This document shows positions 25,285-39,500 of a DNA stretch of 64,000 nt, piece by piece. Position 1 is the first letter of the stretch. The number at the start of each line of letters is the position of its first letter. Under the pieces are notes generated by a model. That model did not search any database and was not told the origin of the DNA. It saw only the letters and a program-made list of their open reading frames with translations. Position numbers and translations under genes: made by a program. The stretch covers positions 180,236,001 to 180,300,000 of the forward strand of contig NC_086097.1 of NCBI RefSeq assembly GCF_963921235.1, written 5' to 3'. This stretch comes from Mobula hypostoma (Eukaryota).

Positions 25285-26749
25285 GACACAATATTCACAA
25301 GAAAACATAAACATATATTATAGACAAAGTTTATAAGAAAACTATTAGCAGCAAAAAATCCTTTTTAGAGCAAAGTGGCCGTAGTGTTGATATACTGTAC
25401 TGATTAGTTTTACAGTATATTCTGCTGTTCAGTGAGATCATAGTTGACCTGTGATAAACCCCCAACTTTTTTCTTTTGACTTTAATATCTTGGGGAACAT
25501 GTCTGCTAACCAAGGATTTGAAAATTAACAAATGAGAAGTTGTCACAAACACAAGAAAATCCACAAATGAAGTTGTTTCATTTATAAACTGCAGTTGCTG
25601 TGGCAATGTACTAACTGACTGCCTCAGGACAGAAACACCTTTACTTTAAAATAGGGCAGCAGAGGGTAAAGTGAGTTAAAGGAACAATAAAGTCTAATTT
25701 TTTGTATCAAAGCAACTGGCCAAAGCTGCTCTGGCTCCCCAGGGCACTCATCTCAAAGTCAAATTTGCACTTATTGTCAGAGCAACATACAAAATTTCAG
25801 CATCTGCAGAATATCGCGTTCATGTTCTGCATTTATTGCCATCTGCACAAGTACATGAATACAGAGGTGCAATGTAAAACTTACTTGCAGCAGCATCACA
25901 GCATGGAGCATCATATAAGCAGCATTCACAAGTAAAACATTAAACATAAATTATACACAATTTTAGCAGGAAAGAACTTAAGTAGAACAAATGAAAATAT
26001 CAATTTTAATGTAAAGCAATCAAAGTGGTCATTTGTGGCTAAACAGTAGTGATAAGGGTTGCGCTGGTTGATTCAATAACTGAATGATTGAAGGGAAGTG
26101 GCTGTTCTTGAACCTAGTGATGTGAGACTTCAGTGTTTTGTACCTCCTGCCCAATGGTAGCTGCAATAAGATGGCATGACCTGGATGGTGAGGATCTTTG
26201 ATGATGAATGTTGCCTCCTTGAGGTGGGGAGTGTGCCATGATTCCTAGCATTAGGATCAACCTTTTGCTCCAGAGGCTGTGAATGCAGATCAGTGATTAA
26301 AGCAGGCCGCAAAAATCCTGTCTCACTTTTTTCAATGTGCACTCTCTGGCCAATCTAATCACATCACTGATTATCAACCATTCCCAACATGGATGGTTCT
26401 CTCTCAGAATACTCCCTTATCTGATCTTCTAAAATACTTCAGATTAATTAAAAACTTGGATCTCATTGTTCTCTACACCACAGAAATGTGACATATTAGG
26501 CCATATTCAGCCTATTGAACCCATTCTGGTTCATAGAGTCACCCCAATAATCCCATTCCCCCACATTTGTCCTGGGGGCTATTTGCTCCCATACTTCCCT
26601 GCTTGGGGTCATTGATGAGAACTCAGTTCAAATTCTTCCATGGCAGTAATGTAAATTCAAGTGGCTATGCAAGTACAGGGGGAGGTAAATAACCCCAAGT
26701 ATGGCATGCTTGCCTTCATTGCTTGAGGCATTGAGTACAGAGTCAGGAA

Positions 26750-26937
26750 ACACACACAATATTCTGGAGGAACTCAGCAAGCCAGGCAGCATCTATGGAA
26801 AAAAAAAGTATAGTCTCGGTCCAAAACATTGACTGTACATTTTTTCATAGATGTTGCCTGGCCTGCTGAGTTCCTCCAGCATTTTGTGTGTGTTGCTCGG
26901 ATTTCCAGCATCTGCAGATTTTCTCTTGTTTTTGACA
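26750..26937. mobile_element. Palindromic Penelope-terminus insertion inside a CR1 fragment
   Basis: Inverted arms ctggaggaactcagcaagccaggcagcatctatg and catagatgttgcctggcctgctgagttcctccag. TSD agagtcaggaa at 26739-26749 and 26938-26948. Confidence 0.85.
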
Positions 26938-28754
26938 AGAGTCAGGAAGTCCTGTTGCAGCTGCATATAGCTGGTTAGGCTGCATTTGGAGTATTGTGTG
27001 TAATTCTGGTCACCCCCATTACATGAAGGATGTGGTGCTTTGGAGAGGGTGCAGGAGAAGTTGTTGCCTGGTTTAGAGCATATTAGCTATAAGCAATTTA
27101 TTATTAAAGTATGTAAATGTCACCATATACTACCTTAAGCTTTATTTCCTTGCAGGCACACACAGTAGAACAGAAAAATGAAATTAGAATCAATGAAAAA
27201 CTACACACAAAAACTGACAACCAACCAAAAATATGCAAGAGAACATGTGCAATAAAATAATAAATAAATATACTGAAAGCGTCATTTAAAAGTGAGCCCA
27301 TAAGTTGTGGATACCAAGCAGTGATGCTAGGAGCTGTGGTGTTTAAGAGGCTGTTAGGCACATGAATAGAGCAATAGAGGGATACAGTCTGTGTACTGAT
27401 AGCCTTGTTCCTGTGCTATCAAAGTCAAGTTACTGTATATGCATATACGTGTACAGGTGCAATGAAAAACTTACTTGCAACAGCATCACAAGCAGATATC
27501 CCAGAATCTAAATCAGGTTTATTACCACCGATATGTTGTGAAATTTGTTGTTTGGTGACAGCAGGACAGTGCAAGGCATAAAAAAAAACTAAGTTACAAT
27601 CATTAATATTTAAATACATAAATAAGTAGTGTAAGAGAGGAGTAGCGAGTTAGTGGTTATGGACCATTCGCAAATCTGATGGCGGAGAGGAAGAAGCTGT
27701 TCCCAAATCATTGAGTTTAGGTCGTCAAGGTCCTGTTACCTCCTCTTTGATGGTAGTAACAAGAAGAGGGCATGTCCTAGGTGGTGAGGGTCCTTAGAGA
27801 TGGATACTACCTCTTGAAGCCACCTTACCAGGTGGTGATGCAAACAGTCAAAATGCTCTCCACCATACATCTACAGAAAATAGCCCGTATTCTCTTGCTG
27901 AGGAGACAAACTTCAGGAAGTATTTCACATGAGGCCTCAGAACAGCCGATGTAATCTCAGCAAGACTTGTATACACTAACTTCATGCAGCAAGTGCTTGC
28001 AATTTTACTTCTGTATCTCATGAACACTCTGCTGCATGCTAATCCCAACTCAAATGATCACAATGCCATCTATACATAAGAGGAACAATCTCCTTCCAAG
28101 GGGATTGAAGCACAAAACTCTTAATAGTTGCATTTTTTTCCCCAGATGAATTATTAAACACCAAGTTCTGGCATTATTCTAATGAGAAACTGAAATGTTA
28201 TCTCAGTTGCATTGGTTAATCTTTATTTCCTGAATCAACATTACAGAAAGAGACTTCTTGTTGTCGATCACATTGTGATTCATGTTTCAACTTCCATTGG
28301 TTGTCAGCCTTGGGAATTTTTTTTCCATATTGTCACATGTACTGAGATATAATGACTGGCATATATTGTGAAATTTGTTGTTTTGCAGCAGTAGTATAGT
28401 GTAATACATAATAAAAGAAACTATAAATTATAAGAAGTACATTTTAAAAATTAATTAAACAAGTAGTGCAAAAAGAGAGCCCAAAATATAGGGAGACTGT
28501 GCACATGGGCTCTTTGTTCATTCAGAAATCTGATGACAGAGGAGAAGCTGCTAATAAAGCTGTCCTTGAGTCTGGGGATATGTGCTTTCAGACTTTTGTA
28601 TCTTCTACCTGATGGGAGAAGGGAAAATATATAATGTGGGTAGGGTCTTTGCTTTTGCTGGCTGCTTTACTGAATTAGCGAGAAGTATCAACAGAGCTGA
28701 GGGAGGGGAGGCTGGTTTCTGTGCCTCTGTCCCTCCCTCTGCAAATGGAACCTC

Positions 28755-29405
28755 GAGTTCCTAGTGTCAAGACCTCCAAAGATCTAACCGATCCCAGCAT
28801 ATCAATGCAGCTAAAAGGAGGCAAGGCAGCAGTTATATTTCAGTAGGAGTTAGAGGAGATTTGGTTTGTCACCCAAACTTATACAGATGTACTGTGGAGA
28901 GCATTCTGACAGGCTGCATCACTGTCGGGGAGGTGGGGGGAGGGGTGGCTTCTGCACAGGATCGAAAGAAGCTAAAGAAAGTTGTAAAATTAGTCAGCTC
29001 AGTCATGGGTACTAGTCTCTGTAGTATCCAAGACATCTTCAAGGAGCAGTGCCTCAGAAATGTGGCATCCATTATTAAGGACCCTCATCACCCAGGATGT
29101 GCCCTTTTCTCATTGCCACTGTCAGGAAGGAGGTACAGAAGCCCGAAGGCACACACCGAGTGATTCAAGAACAGCTTCTTCCCATCTGTCATCCAATTCC
29201 TAAATGAATACTGAACCCATGAACACTTCCTCACTTTTTTATTATTTCTATTTTTGCTCTATTTTTAACTATTTAATACACATAGTGTATATACTTACTG
29301 TAATTGATTTACTTTTTTTCTGTATTATCATGTATTGCATTGTACTGCTGCCACTAAGTTAACAAATTTCACAACATATGCCCATGATATTAAACCTGAC
29401 TCAGA
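28755..29405 (+). mobile_element. Rex1/Babar LINE 3' fragment
   Basis: [14 protein letters not shown] and ASIIKDPHHPG, with a tail gatattaaacctgactc. Confidence 0.85.
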
Positions 29406-31597
29406 TGTGCTGAACTGTACCCACAACTCTGCAGTTTTTTGCAGTCATGTGCAGAGCATTTGCCATAGCAAGCCTTTATGCATCCAGATAGGATGCTTTC
29501 TGTGCTGTGTCAATAAAAATTGCTAAGGGCTAATGGGGAAATGCCAAATTTCTTTAACTCCCCAAGAAAGGTGTGGTATTGCTGTGCTTTTTTTGGCTTT
29601 TGTGTCTATGTGCTTGGATCATCACAGGATAATGATGATGTTCATGTTTTGGAATTTGAAGCTCTCAACCACAGAACTGTTGATTAAGATATGAGCATGT
29701 GCACTGTCCCTTTCCTGAAGACAATGACCAGTTCTTTGCTATCAGTTTATTCTGCACTGTTATTGTTTTACCTCGTACCTAATTTTTACCTAATTTATGA
29801 ATTGATCTGTATGAACGGTCTGTAAAACAGGCTATTCCACTATATCTGGTACATGTAACAACAATAAACCAATTTAATTAGACGAGTTGAAGGATTTCAG
29901 TTCCAGGCAGAGATTGGATAAGGGCTATTATACACCATACACTAGAAAGATCAAGATGTGACTCAATGTAAGTTTTCAAAATCAGGAACAATCCTACTAG
30001 AAAACAGAGTATACTTTTAAAGAGGCTTTCCTCATTAACCAAGCTTTTGCTCATTTAATATGATGTAGCTCTACTTTAATCTGTTTAAACAAGCAAGAAA
30101 TCATGGGGAGAAAGGAACTGATAAAATGAATTAAAAGTTTATAAAATAATGAAGGGCTGAGATGAGGTGGTCACTATCTCCCCCCGCCCCAGAGTAGGAG
30201 AGTCTAAAGCTAGAAGGCACAAGTTTAAGAAGGTAACAATTTATAACAAGGATTGAGATGACAAGTTTTTCCACACAGACTGTGATAAGTAAGCTGTCAG
30301 AGGAAATGGGAAAGGGGAATACAGTAACAAACTTAAACAGGTACATGGATAGGAGAGGTTTAGAAGGACATTTGGCACATGCAGGCAAAAAGGAGTAGCT
30401 TCAGAAAACAACCAGGTCAGCATGGATGAATTGTAAAGACATCATGAATGCTTAAGGTCAAAGACATTTCAGGTCTGATAAAGGAACCCCCAATATTAAC
30501 TGTTTCTCTTTCCACCAATGCTGCCTGACCAGTTGAGAAAGTTACAGCACTGAAAAAGGTGTTATGTTGATCAATAATTAACTTGCCAGACATTACAGCT
30601 CCCAAATATGATTAATGCTAAGAAAACTGGAAATGAAGTTCTGTACAGTTCCTTTAGTAACCACCGAATTCTCAAGGAAACTGTTAACTTGCTAGTTAAC
30701 ATCTGCTGTGATTATCCATATCCATCTTTAGAAACTGGTATGCATTGTCCAAGAAGGCATTGGAAAGGTTTCAACACAAATTTTCAAACTGTAAGTGGAT
30801 AAATTATTCAAAAAGGATGGATTTAGAGAAAAGAATAGTTGAACAGCAGCCACAAACTGCCCAGTTCTTTACCAGTGATGCCTCCCAGTTTCTGGTAGTA
30901 TCCCCACCCTCCTGTTCCCCATCTGCCTCCTGTCTCTATATCGGTGATGTCAAGTGTTTTATGAAATGTCAATCTTGCAAATTGATCAGTTTTATCAATT
31001 TGTCATCACATTTAAAAAGCTTGAGGGGAAAGGCTGCTCACCGATTCCACTCAGAGACAGTCTTAGAAATGTCTCCAACCGCAAACCTAAAGGCCGAACT
31101 GGTCCATTCTGATCCTTCAATATTATGATGAACTGATTTAAGGCACATGGCACCTTGGCTAATCAGGAAACTACAGCCTGTGATAATCTGAAATGTATCA
31201 GAAAATGATCAACATACTCTACAAATCAGTCCACATCCATGAAAATAAAAAGTAGTGGTCTATTTGATCCCAATATCTAACATTTTTAATACCTTTTAGA
31301 TTTGTGAATGATCATTTGACAATTAACAAATAAGTATTCTTAAATTACCTCTGCTGACTTACAATCACTCTAACCTGCCATTTGCTTTGTAATCCATTTC
31401 AATTAACAGATTTATGGTAAGTAGTTTCTCAACATTTCAAAACCAAATAAAGGCAAAATAATCTATTTAGCTTTAAATTACATTTTGTGAGTACCTCAGT
31501 TTTAGAAAAGTTATACTGGGACCCGATCTGCCAATGAACATGCTAAATGTTCAAAGGCAGAACCTGCTCCTCATGGAATCAGGAAATGACCACAGAT

Positions 31598-31743
31598 TTT
31601 ATTTTGACAATATTTCAGTGCCTTGCTGGCAGCAAGCCACATGTGCGGTTACAATCAGATGTATAAGCATATCAATCACACAAAATATAATTTAAAGTTT
31701 CACTTGCTTAAGATTTTTTTGTTAAAACTTTGAAGCATTTATT
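31598..31743 (-). terminator. Candidate RIOK3 polyadenylation signals (AATAAA at 31743-31738 and 31603-31598)
   Basis: Two minus-strand AATAAA hexamers in the AT-rich, apparently repeat-free stretch after the stop codon. Usage is unverified. Confidence 0.35.
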
Positions 31744-31976
31744 TGTTATCCAGGAATCTATAGTGCACATAAAGGAGGTTCAGCTTTCAGCATTACCACG
31801 CTTACCAGATTTCTGTCATAATAAATATCAACCACAAAAATCTTCTGATGCTCGTTTCAAATTTTAATCCAGATTCAATTGCAGTGCCAGCTCAGTTGAA
31901 TCCCAGCTTGCCAAGTTTCCTTTCGCTTTCACCAAAAAAAAGCCAGCAAAGTAAAATATTTAAAAGCTTTCCTCTT

Positions 31977-32069
31977 TTAATCATCCGCTGGGCTTTCATC
32001 AGACTCGATCTCTGCAAATTTCCCATGCTTTTGGACGTGATCTTCATTTAATTTTTCCAAAATCTCGAT
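31977..32069 (-). CDS. RIOK3: RIOK3 last coding exon (IEILEKLNEDHVQKHGKFAEIESDESPADD*)
   Basis: tttatctgcag acceptor, phase 0. IE-LEK-NEDHVQK matches the RIOK3 C-terminus as I recall it. TAA stop at 31977-31979. Confidence 0.92.
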   Translation of the reverse strand: MEILEKLNEDHVQKHGKFAEIESDESPADD

Positions 32070-32219
32070 CTGCAGATAAATCACAACACAAGAACATCAT
32101 TTTGAAGTAGGGGCAATGAACTAAAATTATTGCAGCTGTCTTGAATAGAAATATCTAACTTCCACATCTAGACAAAAATAAGATCACTTACCAGGTGACT
32201 GAAGCACTAAAAGATTACC

Positions 32220-32750
32220 ACAGAACATGAAACAAGCCTTAGAGTCCATATTGTTGAGAGCAATTAAGAAAACTACAAATAATCCCATCTGCGTATGCAA
32301 TGTTCATAACCCTCCAATCCCTGCACATTCATGTGCCTATCAAAGAGGATCTTAAATGCCTCTATAGTATCTGTCTCCACCACCACCCCTGAGAGCGCAT
32401 CCTAGACATCCACCATCCTGTCTAAAAATCTTGCCCCTTACATCATCTTTGAACTTGCTTCCTTTCACCTTAAATGTATTCCCCCTGGTATTATATATTT
32501 CAACCCTGGGAAAATGATACCAGCTGTCTACTCAATCTACGCTTCTCAATCTTAAAAACTCTATCAGATCTCCCCTCAGCCTCTGCCACTGCAGAGAAAA
32601 CCACCCAATTTTGTCTAACCTCTCCTTATAATACATTCCCTCTAATCCAGGCAGCATCCTGGTGAACCTCCTCTCTAAAGCCTCAGCATTCTTCCTACAA
32701 TGGGACGACCAGAACTGAATCCAATACCCCAGATGTGGCCAACGAGCATC
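32220..32750 (-). mobile_element. CR1 LINE 3' fragment
   Basis: Reverse-strand CR1 RT end (ccttcctacaatgggacgaccagaactg region), similar to 50300-50870. Confidence 0.7.
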
Positions 32751-33374
32751 TTAAAAACGGGAGCAGGAAAATGACCTGGGAGGTATGGATACAAAAATCA
32801 GTGAATGTAGCAGGGTAGGCTGAGACTGAGTACACAAAGGGTGCATCACTCTGAACTTTATTAATATATCACAGAGTACAAAAGCAGGGAAGTTACACTG
32901 AACCTTTATTAACACTGGTTTGGACTCAGTTGGAGTTTTGTGTTCAATTCCAGCTGCTATGTTATAGGAAGGGGGTGAAGACATTAGAAGGGATCCAGGA
33001 AGGATGTACAAGAATGGTTCCTGAAAGGAGTAATGGCAGTTAAGGGACAGAGCTAGGCCCTTGTGTTGTTTCTTTTGTGCCTATAAGCTGTTTGCCTTGT
33101 TGGTTATGTCTGTGTTTCTCATATTTGTAATTTTTGCTATTCTGCTCTGATCTGTACAGCACTTTGGTCAACATGGGTTGTTTTTAAATATGCTATATAA
33201 ATAAATTTGACGACTTGAGAGCTGGCATGTTATCATTAGAGAAGGCAGAGGGCAACTTTGGTAGAAGTATACTGTATAAAATGATGAGGTTTTGGACCGG
33301 GTGGATGGGGAGGCTGTTTCCATTGGTGAGAGTGGGGGTGATGGGATCAAACAGCAATTCACTTGCACATCAGA

Positions 33375-33818
33375 ATCATATGAAGAAAGACTGGATGAAC
33401 TGGGCTTGTGCTCGTTGGAATTTAGAAGATTGAGGGGGGATCTGATTGAAACGTATAAGATCCTAAAGGGATTGGACAGGCTAGATGCGGGAAGATTGTT
33501 CCCGATGTTGGGGAGGTCCAGAACGAGGGGTCACAGTTTGAGGATAGAGGGGAAGCCTTTTAGGACCGAGATTAGGAAAAACTTCTTCACACAGAGAGTG
33601 GTGAATCTGTGGAATTCTCTGCCACAGCAAACTGTTGAGGCCAGTTCATTAGCTATGTTTAAAAGGAAGTTAGATATGGCCCTTGTGGCTACAGGGGTCA
33701 GGGGGTATGGAGGGAAGGCTGGGTTCTGAGTTGGATGATCAGCCATGATCATAATAAATGGCGGTGCAGGCTCGAAGGGCCGAATGGCCTACTCCTGCAC
33801 CTATTTTCTATGTTTCTA
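33375..33818 (+). mobile_element. Young 5'-truncated CR1 LINE 3' end
   Basis: Intact YEERLDELGLCSLEFRRLRGDLIETYKI..FFTQRVVNLWNSLP and tail cctattttctatgtttcta. Highly similar to 38190-38637. Confidence 0.92.
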
Positions 33819-34268
33819 TAATTATGTCATGGAATTGATTGTTTCACAGTACAGTGCAATGCCATAAAATTATGATAAATTACAAAATAAATAAATAGTG
33901 CAAACAAAAGGATTAATAAGGCAGTGTTAATTGAACGTTCAGAAATATGATGGCAGAAGGGAAGAACCTATTCCTGAGTTGCTGAGTGTGGGTCTTCAGG
34001 CTCCTGTACCTCCTCTCTGAAAGTATTAATGAGAAGAAGGTCCACTCAACCCAATCTACTGCATTCATTGTTAGCAGTGTGATACTCTGTACACTGGAGA
34101 AACCAAATGCCAATAGGTGATCCTTTGTGAAGCATCTGTGTTCAGTCCACAGCCTGAATCTGAACTTCCCATTCCTTTACAGTTTCTCATTCCACAGATG
34201 CGGCCAGATCTGATGAGTTTCCAACATGCTGTGTTTTCACTTTGGCCATGGGTTAATTTGCACAGTAA

Positions 34269-34759
34269 AGGCTGATTTATACTTCTGCGTCAAATGGACG
34301 CCGTAACCTACACAAGTGGCCTATGCACGTTGGTGTGTCTGGTCGCTCTGCAATTCGCGCACGCCATGCATGTGCATACATCTGCCCATGCAAGGCTTCA
34401 TGGTCATGGTAGTCTTTCTCGGGGTAAACAAGTTTAAAGCGAGCATCTTTTTTCGTAAAAGTGAAATGTGTCCTCCATAATTTCAGAAGTCTGTAAAGCT
34501 TTATGGAAAGCATTGCAGCCAGAGTTCCTTCCCTGCCCTTCAGTCGCCCAATGGGAAGCTATTGCAGCGTAGGAGAAAATGCGATGCTACCAAGCGGACC
34601 AATCACAATTGTTGCGGTCTGCATTGCCACGACGTGTAGTTACATTTTGGGAGAGGTGCGCATCAGGCTACGGCGTAGGGATCCGCGTAGGCACTGCGTA
34701 GGGTTCGTGGCTACACCGTACCTACGGCGTCAATTTGACGCAGAAGTATAAATCAGCCT
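34269..34759. mobile_element. Non-autonomous PIF/Harbinger-like MITE (491 bp)
   Basis: 37-bp TIR aggctgatttatacttctgcgtcaaat(g/t)gacgccgta with one mismatch, flanked by taa and tag, with a CpG-rich interior. Confidence 0.88.
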
Positions 34760-36099
34760 TAGGTAGCTTGTACATAAATGAACCAAGTGAGACATCGTGT
34801 GCAGACTGCAAGATAGGAGACATCAAAAACCTGTGATCAATGTGGTCACTGGAAATAACAGACCTACAGTTGAGTAACATCACCACGGCAACCAAGGCCT
34901 TAAGGGAACAGAGAGATACTTTAGGTATAAACCCACCAGACCAGGAGATGGAAGATGATGTTAGAAGCAACTGATCAGGAAACTTCTTGTCTTAGATTGG
35001 TCAAGTAGTAGTAACTACATTTTGGGTGTTTAAAACTGGGAGCTCCAATGCACAGGAACACCAGAGAGGTGAACTCACCCAGTTCTGTCCTGGGTACAGT
35101 TCTCCCCGTTACTGAAGACATCTACAAGAGGTGACATCTCAGAAAGGCAACATCTGTAAGGGACCCCCAACATCCAGGTCATGCATTTTTTTTAATGCTG
35201 ACATCAGGAAGGAGGTACAGGAGCCTGAACACTCACACCTCAACCTTCAACATGGGGTTCTTGAACACAACTGAAAGACTAATTCTAACTCGGACTACAT
35301 TTTACTCAAACTTGCACGAATGTCATTAGGTTTATTTTATTATGTATAATTTGTTACTTTAAGTTTGCAATTTATGTTTGTCATAAGACCAAGACAAAGG
35401 AGCAGCGAGCCTGCCCACCATTTGGCCCACTGAATCTGCTCTGTTAATACCCTCTCAACCCCATTATCCTGCTTTTTCCCTATAAACTCTGACGCCGTTA
35501 ATAATCAAGAACCAATCAACCCATTTTAAATATATCCACGTACTCTATTGTACAGATGCAAAAAAACTAATTTTCAAGGCAAGTATACCCTGACAATTTC
35601 TCATGACAATAGACTTGAACTTGAAAATATGTTGTGCTTTGTACAGACAAGGAGAGAAAGGACCACAGCAGTGAGGTAAACAGGCCTCCTCCTTCCTCAA
35701 GGTGAAAGATTGATCAAATATATGCCTGCTTGAGTTGAGAATAGAAGTAACTCACTTTCTCCACTACACAGATCCCTCAAACAGATCAGATGTTGGGAAT
35801 AGCAAAAGTGGTGCACTGCGGGAGGAGTGTGGGACAGGGGGCAGAAGAGGAATGTGAGCGATGGGAGGTTGTGCAAGTGCAGACACACCCAGCCCTGATA
35901 TACCATCTGATTTCAAACAATTGGTTTATTGATCATTACAGAATATCCCTCTGGTGCCTCCCACTCTCTCCCACTTTTCCCAACCATGATTCCCCTTCCT
36001 GTCCCCTCCCCACTCTCAGTCCAAAATAGAGATCCATATCAGAATCAAGCTTATCATCACTCACATATATCATGAAATCTCTACAATACTGTGCAAAGG

Positions 36100-38900
36100 T
36101 CCATAAGACCATAAGACATAGGGGCAGAATTAGGCCATTCAGCCCATTGGGTCTGCTCCACCATTCCATCATGGCTGATACCAGATCCCACTCATCCCCA
36201 TACACCTGCCTTCTTGCCATATCCTTTAATGCCCTGACCGATCAGGAAACTACCAACTTCTGCCTTAAATGTACCCACGGACTTGGCCTCCACCACAGTC
36301 TGTGGCAGACACAGAATTCCACAGACGTACTGCTCTCTGGCTATAGAAAAAAAAATCCTCCTTACCTCTGTTCTAAAGGGTCGCCTCTTAACTTTGAGGC
36401 TGTACACTCTAGTTCTGCATACCCCTACCATAGGAAATATCTCCACATTCACCCTGTCTAGTCCTTCAACATTCCATAGGTTTCAATGAGATCCCCATGC
36501 ATTCTTCTAAATTCCAGTGAGTACAGGCCCAAACTTACCAAACACTCCTCATACATTAACCCCCTCATTCCCAGAATAATCCTTGTGAACCTCCTCTGCA
36601 TTCTCCCCAATGACAACACATCCTTTCTAAGATATAGGGCCCAAAATTGTTGACAATACTCCAAGTGCAGGCTGACTAATGTCTTATAAAGCTCAGCATT
36701 ATCTCCTTGCTTTTATATTCTATTCCCCTTGAAATAAATGCCAACATTGCATTTGCCTTCTTTACTACAGATCAACCTGTAAATTAACCTTCTGGGAGTC
36801 CTAAATCCCTCTGATGTTTGAACCTTCTCACCATTTAGATGATAGTCCACACTATTGTTCCTTTTACCAAAATGCATTATCATACATTTCCCAACACTGT
36901 AATCCATCTGCCATTTTTTTTGCCCAGGGTTTTATCTTGTTAAACAGCCTCATGGGTGGCACTTTATTAAACTCCTTCTGAAAATCCAAGTAAATGACAC
37001 CATTTCCTCTCCTTTGTCCACCCTGCTTGTTACTTTCTCGAAGAACTAACAGATTTGTCAGGCAAGATTTCCCTTTTACAGAAACCATGCTGACTTTGAC
37101 TTATTTTATCATTAGTCTCCAAGTACCTTGAAACCTCATCCTTAATAATAGACCAACACTTTCCCAACCACTGAGGTTAGGCTAACTGGCCTATAATTTC
37201 CTTTCCTTTTAAAAAAGGAGTGAGAGAGAAACTGGAGAATTATAGACCGGTTAGCCTGACATCGGTGGTGGGGAAAATGCTAGCGTCAGTTATCAAAGAC
37301 GTGATAACAGCACATTTGGAAAGCAGTGAAATCATCGGACAAAGTCAGCATGGATTTGTGAAAGGAAAATCATGTCTGACGAATCTCAGAATTTTTTGAG
37401 GACGTAACTAGTAGAGTGGATGGGGAGAACCAGTGGATGTGGTATATTTGGATTTTCAAAAGGCTTTTGGCAAGGTCCCACACAGGAGATTAGTGTGCAA
37501 ACTTAAAGCACACGGTATGGGGGTATGGTATTGATGTGAATAGAGAATTGGTTGGCAGGCAGGAAGCAAAGAGTGGGAATAAACAGGATCTTTTCAGAAT
37601 GGCAGGCAGTGACTAGTGGGGTACCGCAAGGCTCAGTACTGGGACCCCAGTTGTTTACAATATATATTAATGACTTAGACGAGGGAATTAAATACAGCAT
37701 CTCCAAGCTTGCAGATGACACGAAGCTCAGCGGCAGTGTTAACTGTGAGGAGGATGCTAAGAGGATGCAGGGTGACTTGGATAGGTTAGGTGAGTGGGCA
37801 AATTCATGGCAGATGCAATTTAATGTGGATAAATGTGAAGTTATCCACTTTGGTGGCAAAAACAGGAAAAGAGATTATTATCTGAATGGTGGCCGATTAG
37901 GAAAAGAGGAGGTGCAACGAGACCTGGGTGTCATTGTACACCAGTCATTGAAAGTGGGCATGCAGGTACAGCAGGCGGTGAAAAAGGCAAATGGTATGCT
38001 GGCATTCATAGCAAGAGGATTCGAGTACAGGAGCAGGGAGGTTCTACTGCAGTTGAACAAGGCCTTGGTGAGACCACACCTGGAGTATTGTGTGCAGTTT
38101 TGGTCCCCTAATCTGAGGAAAGACATTCTTGCCACAGAGGGAGTACAAAGAAGGTTCACCAGATTGATTCCTGGGATGGCAGGACTTTCATATGATGAAA
38201 GACTGGATCGACTGGGTTTATACTCGCTGGAATTTAGAAGATTGAGGGGGGATCTTATTGAAACGTATAAAATTCTAAAGGGATTGGACAGGGTAGATGC
38301 AGGAAGATTGTTCCGGATATTGGGGAAGTCCAGAACGAGGGGTCACAGTTTAAGGATAAAGGGGAAGCCTTTTAGGACCGAGATGAGGAAAAACTTCTTC
38401 ACACAGAGAGTGGTGAATCTGTGGAATTCTCTGCCATAGGAAACAGTTGAGGCCAGTTCACTGGCTATATTTAAGAAGAATTAGATATGGCCCTTGTGGC
38501 TAAAGGGATCGGAGGTATGGAGAGAAGGCAGGTACAGGGTTCTGAGTTGGATGATCAGCCATGATCATACTGAATGGCAGTGGAGGCTCGAAGGGTCGAA
38601 TAGCCTACTCCTGCACCTATTTTCTATGCTTCTATGTTTTTTGCCTTCCTCCCTTCTTAAAGGGTGGAATGACGTTTGCAATCTTCCAGTCCTCTGGGAT
38701 CATGCCACAATCAAGTGATTCTTGAAAGATCATGACCAATGCATCCGTTATCTCTTCAGCAAACTCTCTCATGACTCCGGGATGCAGTCCATCTGGCCCA
38801 AGTGACTTAGCCACCTTGAGACCTTGGAGTTTGCCTAGCACTTCTTCCTTTGTAATACCAATGGCACTTACTTCTGTTCCCTGACACTCACAGACCTCTG
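36100..38900 (-). mobile_element. Decayed CR1 LINE (36100-37205 and 38638-38900) split by a younger plus-strand CR1
   Basis: Minus-strand RT motifs (KGKSCLTNLL, LDFQKEFNKVP, GPDGLHP..EDWKIANVIP) are collinear across the insertion. Confidence 0.85.
37206..38637 (+). mobile_element. Relatively young 5'-truncated CR1 LINE RT
   Basis: 295-aa ORF 37552..38439 ([32 protein letters not shown]) with a tttctatg tail. Confidence 0.93.
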
Positions 38901-38909
38901 GAACCCAAA

Positions 38910-39500
38910 CTATGTGCCCAAGACTTTTGCACAGTATTGTAGATCGGCTGGCTGCATGGTGTTGCAACATCAACCTCGCACTCAACAACAGCAAGACCAA
39001 AGAACTGATTGTGGAGTTCAGGAATGGGAAGATGGATGACCAGACACCAATTCTCATTCTGAAGTCAGCAGTGGAAAGGGCAAGCAGATTCAAGATTCTG
39101 GATTATCAAGATCTGAGGATCTAACCTGGGCCCAACACACTGATGCAATCACAAAAATGGCATGCCAATGTCTCTACTTCATTAGGACTAAACAGCAAGT
39201 TCATGAGGAGATTTGGTATGTCACCAAAAACTAGCAAATTTCTACAGATGTGCAGAGGAGAACATTTTCGCTGGTTGCATCACTATTTGATATGGCGGCT
39301 CCAATGCACTAGAGGCTGCCGAGTATTATAGACTCAGTCAGCTCCATTACAGGCACAGTCCTCCCTATCATTGAGGGTATCTTCAAAAACCGGTGCCTCA
39401 GTATAGTGGCATTCATCACTAAGGACCTTCACTATCCAGACAAGCCCCATTCTCATTACTAACATCAGGAAGGTGGTACAGGAGCCTGAACACCCATAAC
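38910..39500 (+). mobile_element. Rex1/Babar LINE fragment
   Basis: WCCNINLALNNSKTKELIVEFR and downstream Rex motifs. Confidence 0.8.

Noticed and set aside
30745..31128. 127-aa plus-strand ORF in non-repetitive DNA
   Set aside because: No recognisable motif or splice context and a non-ATG start. It is antisense to the probable RIOK3 3' region and likely a chance ORF.
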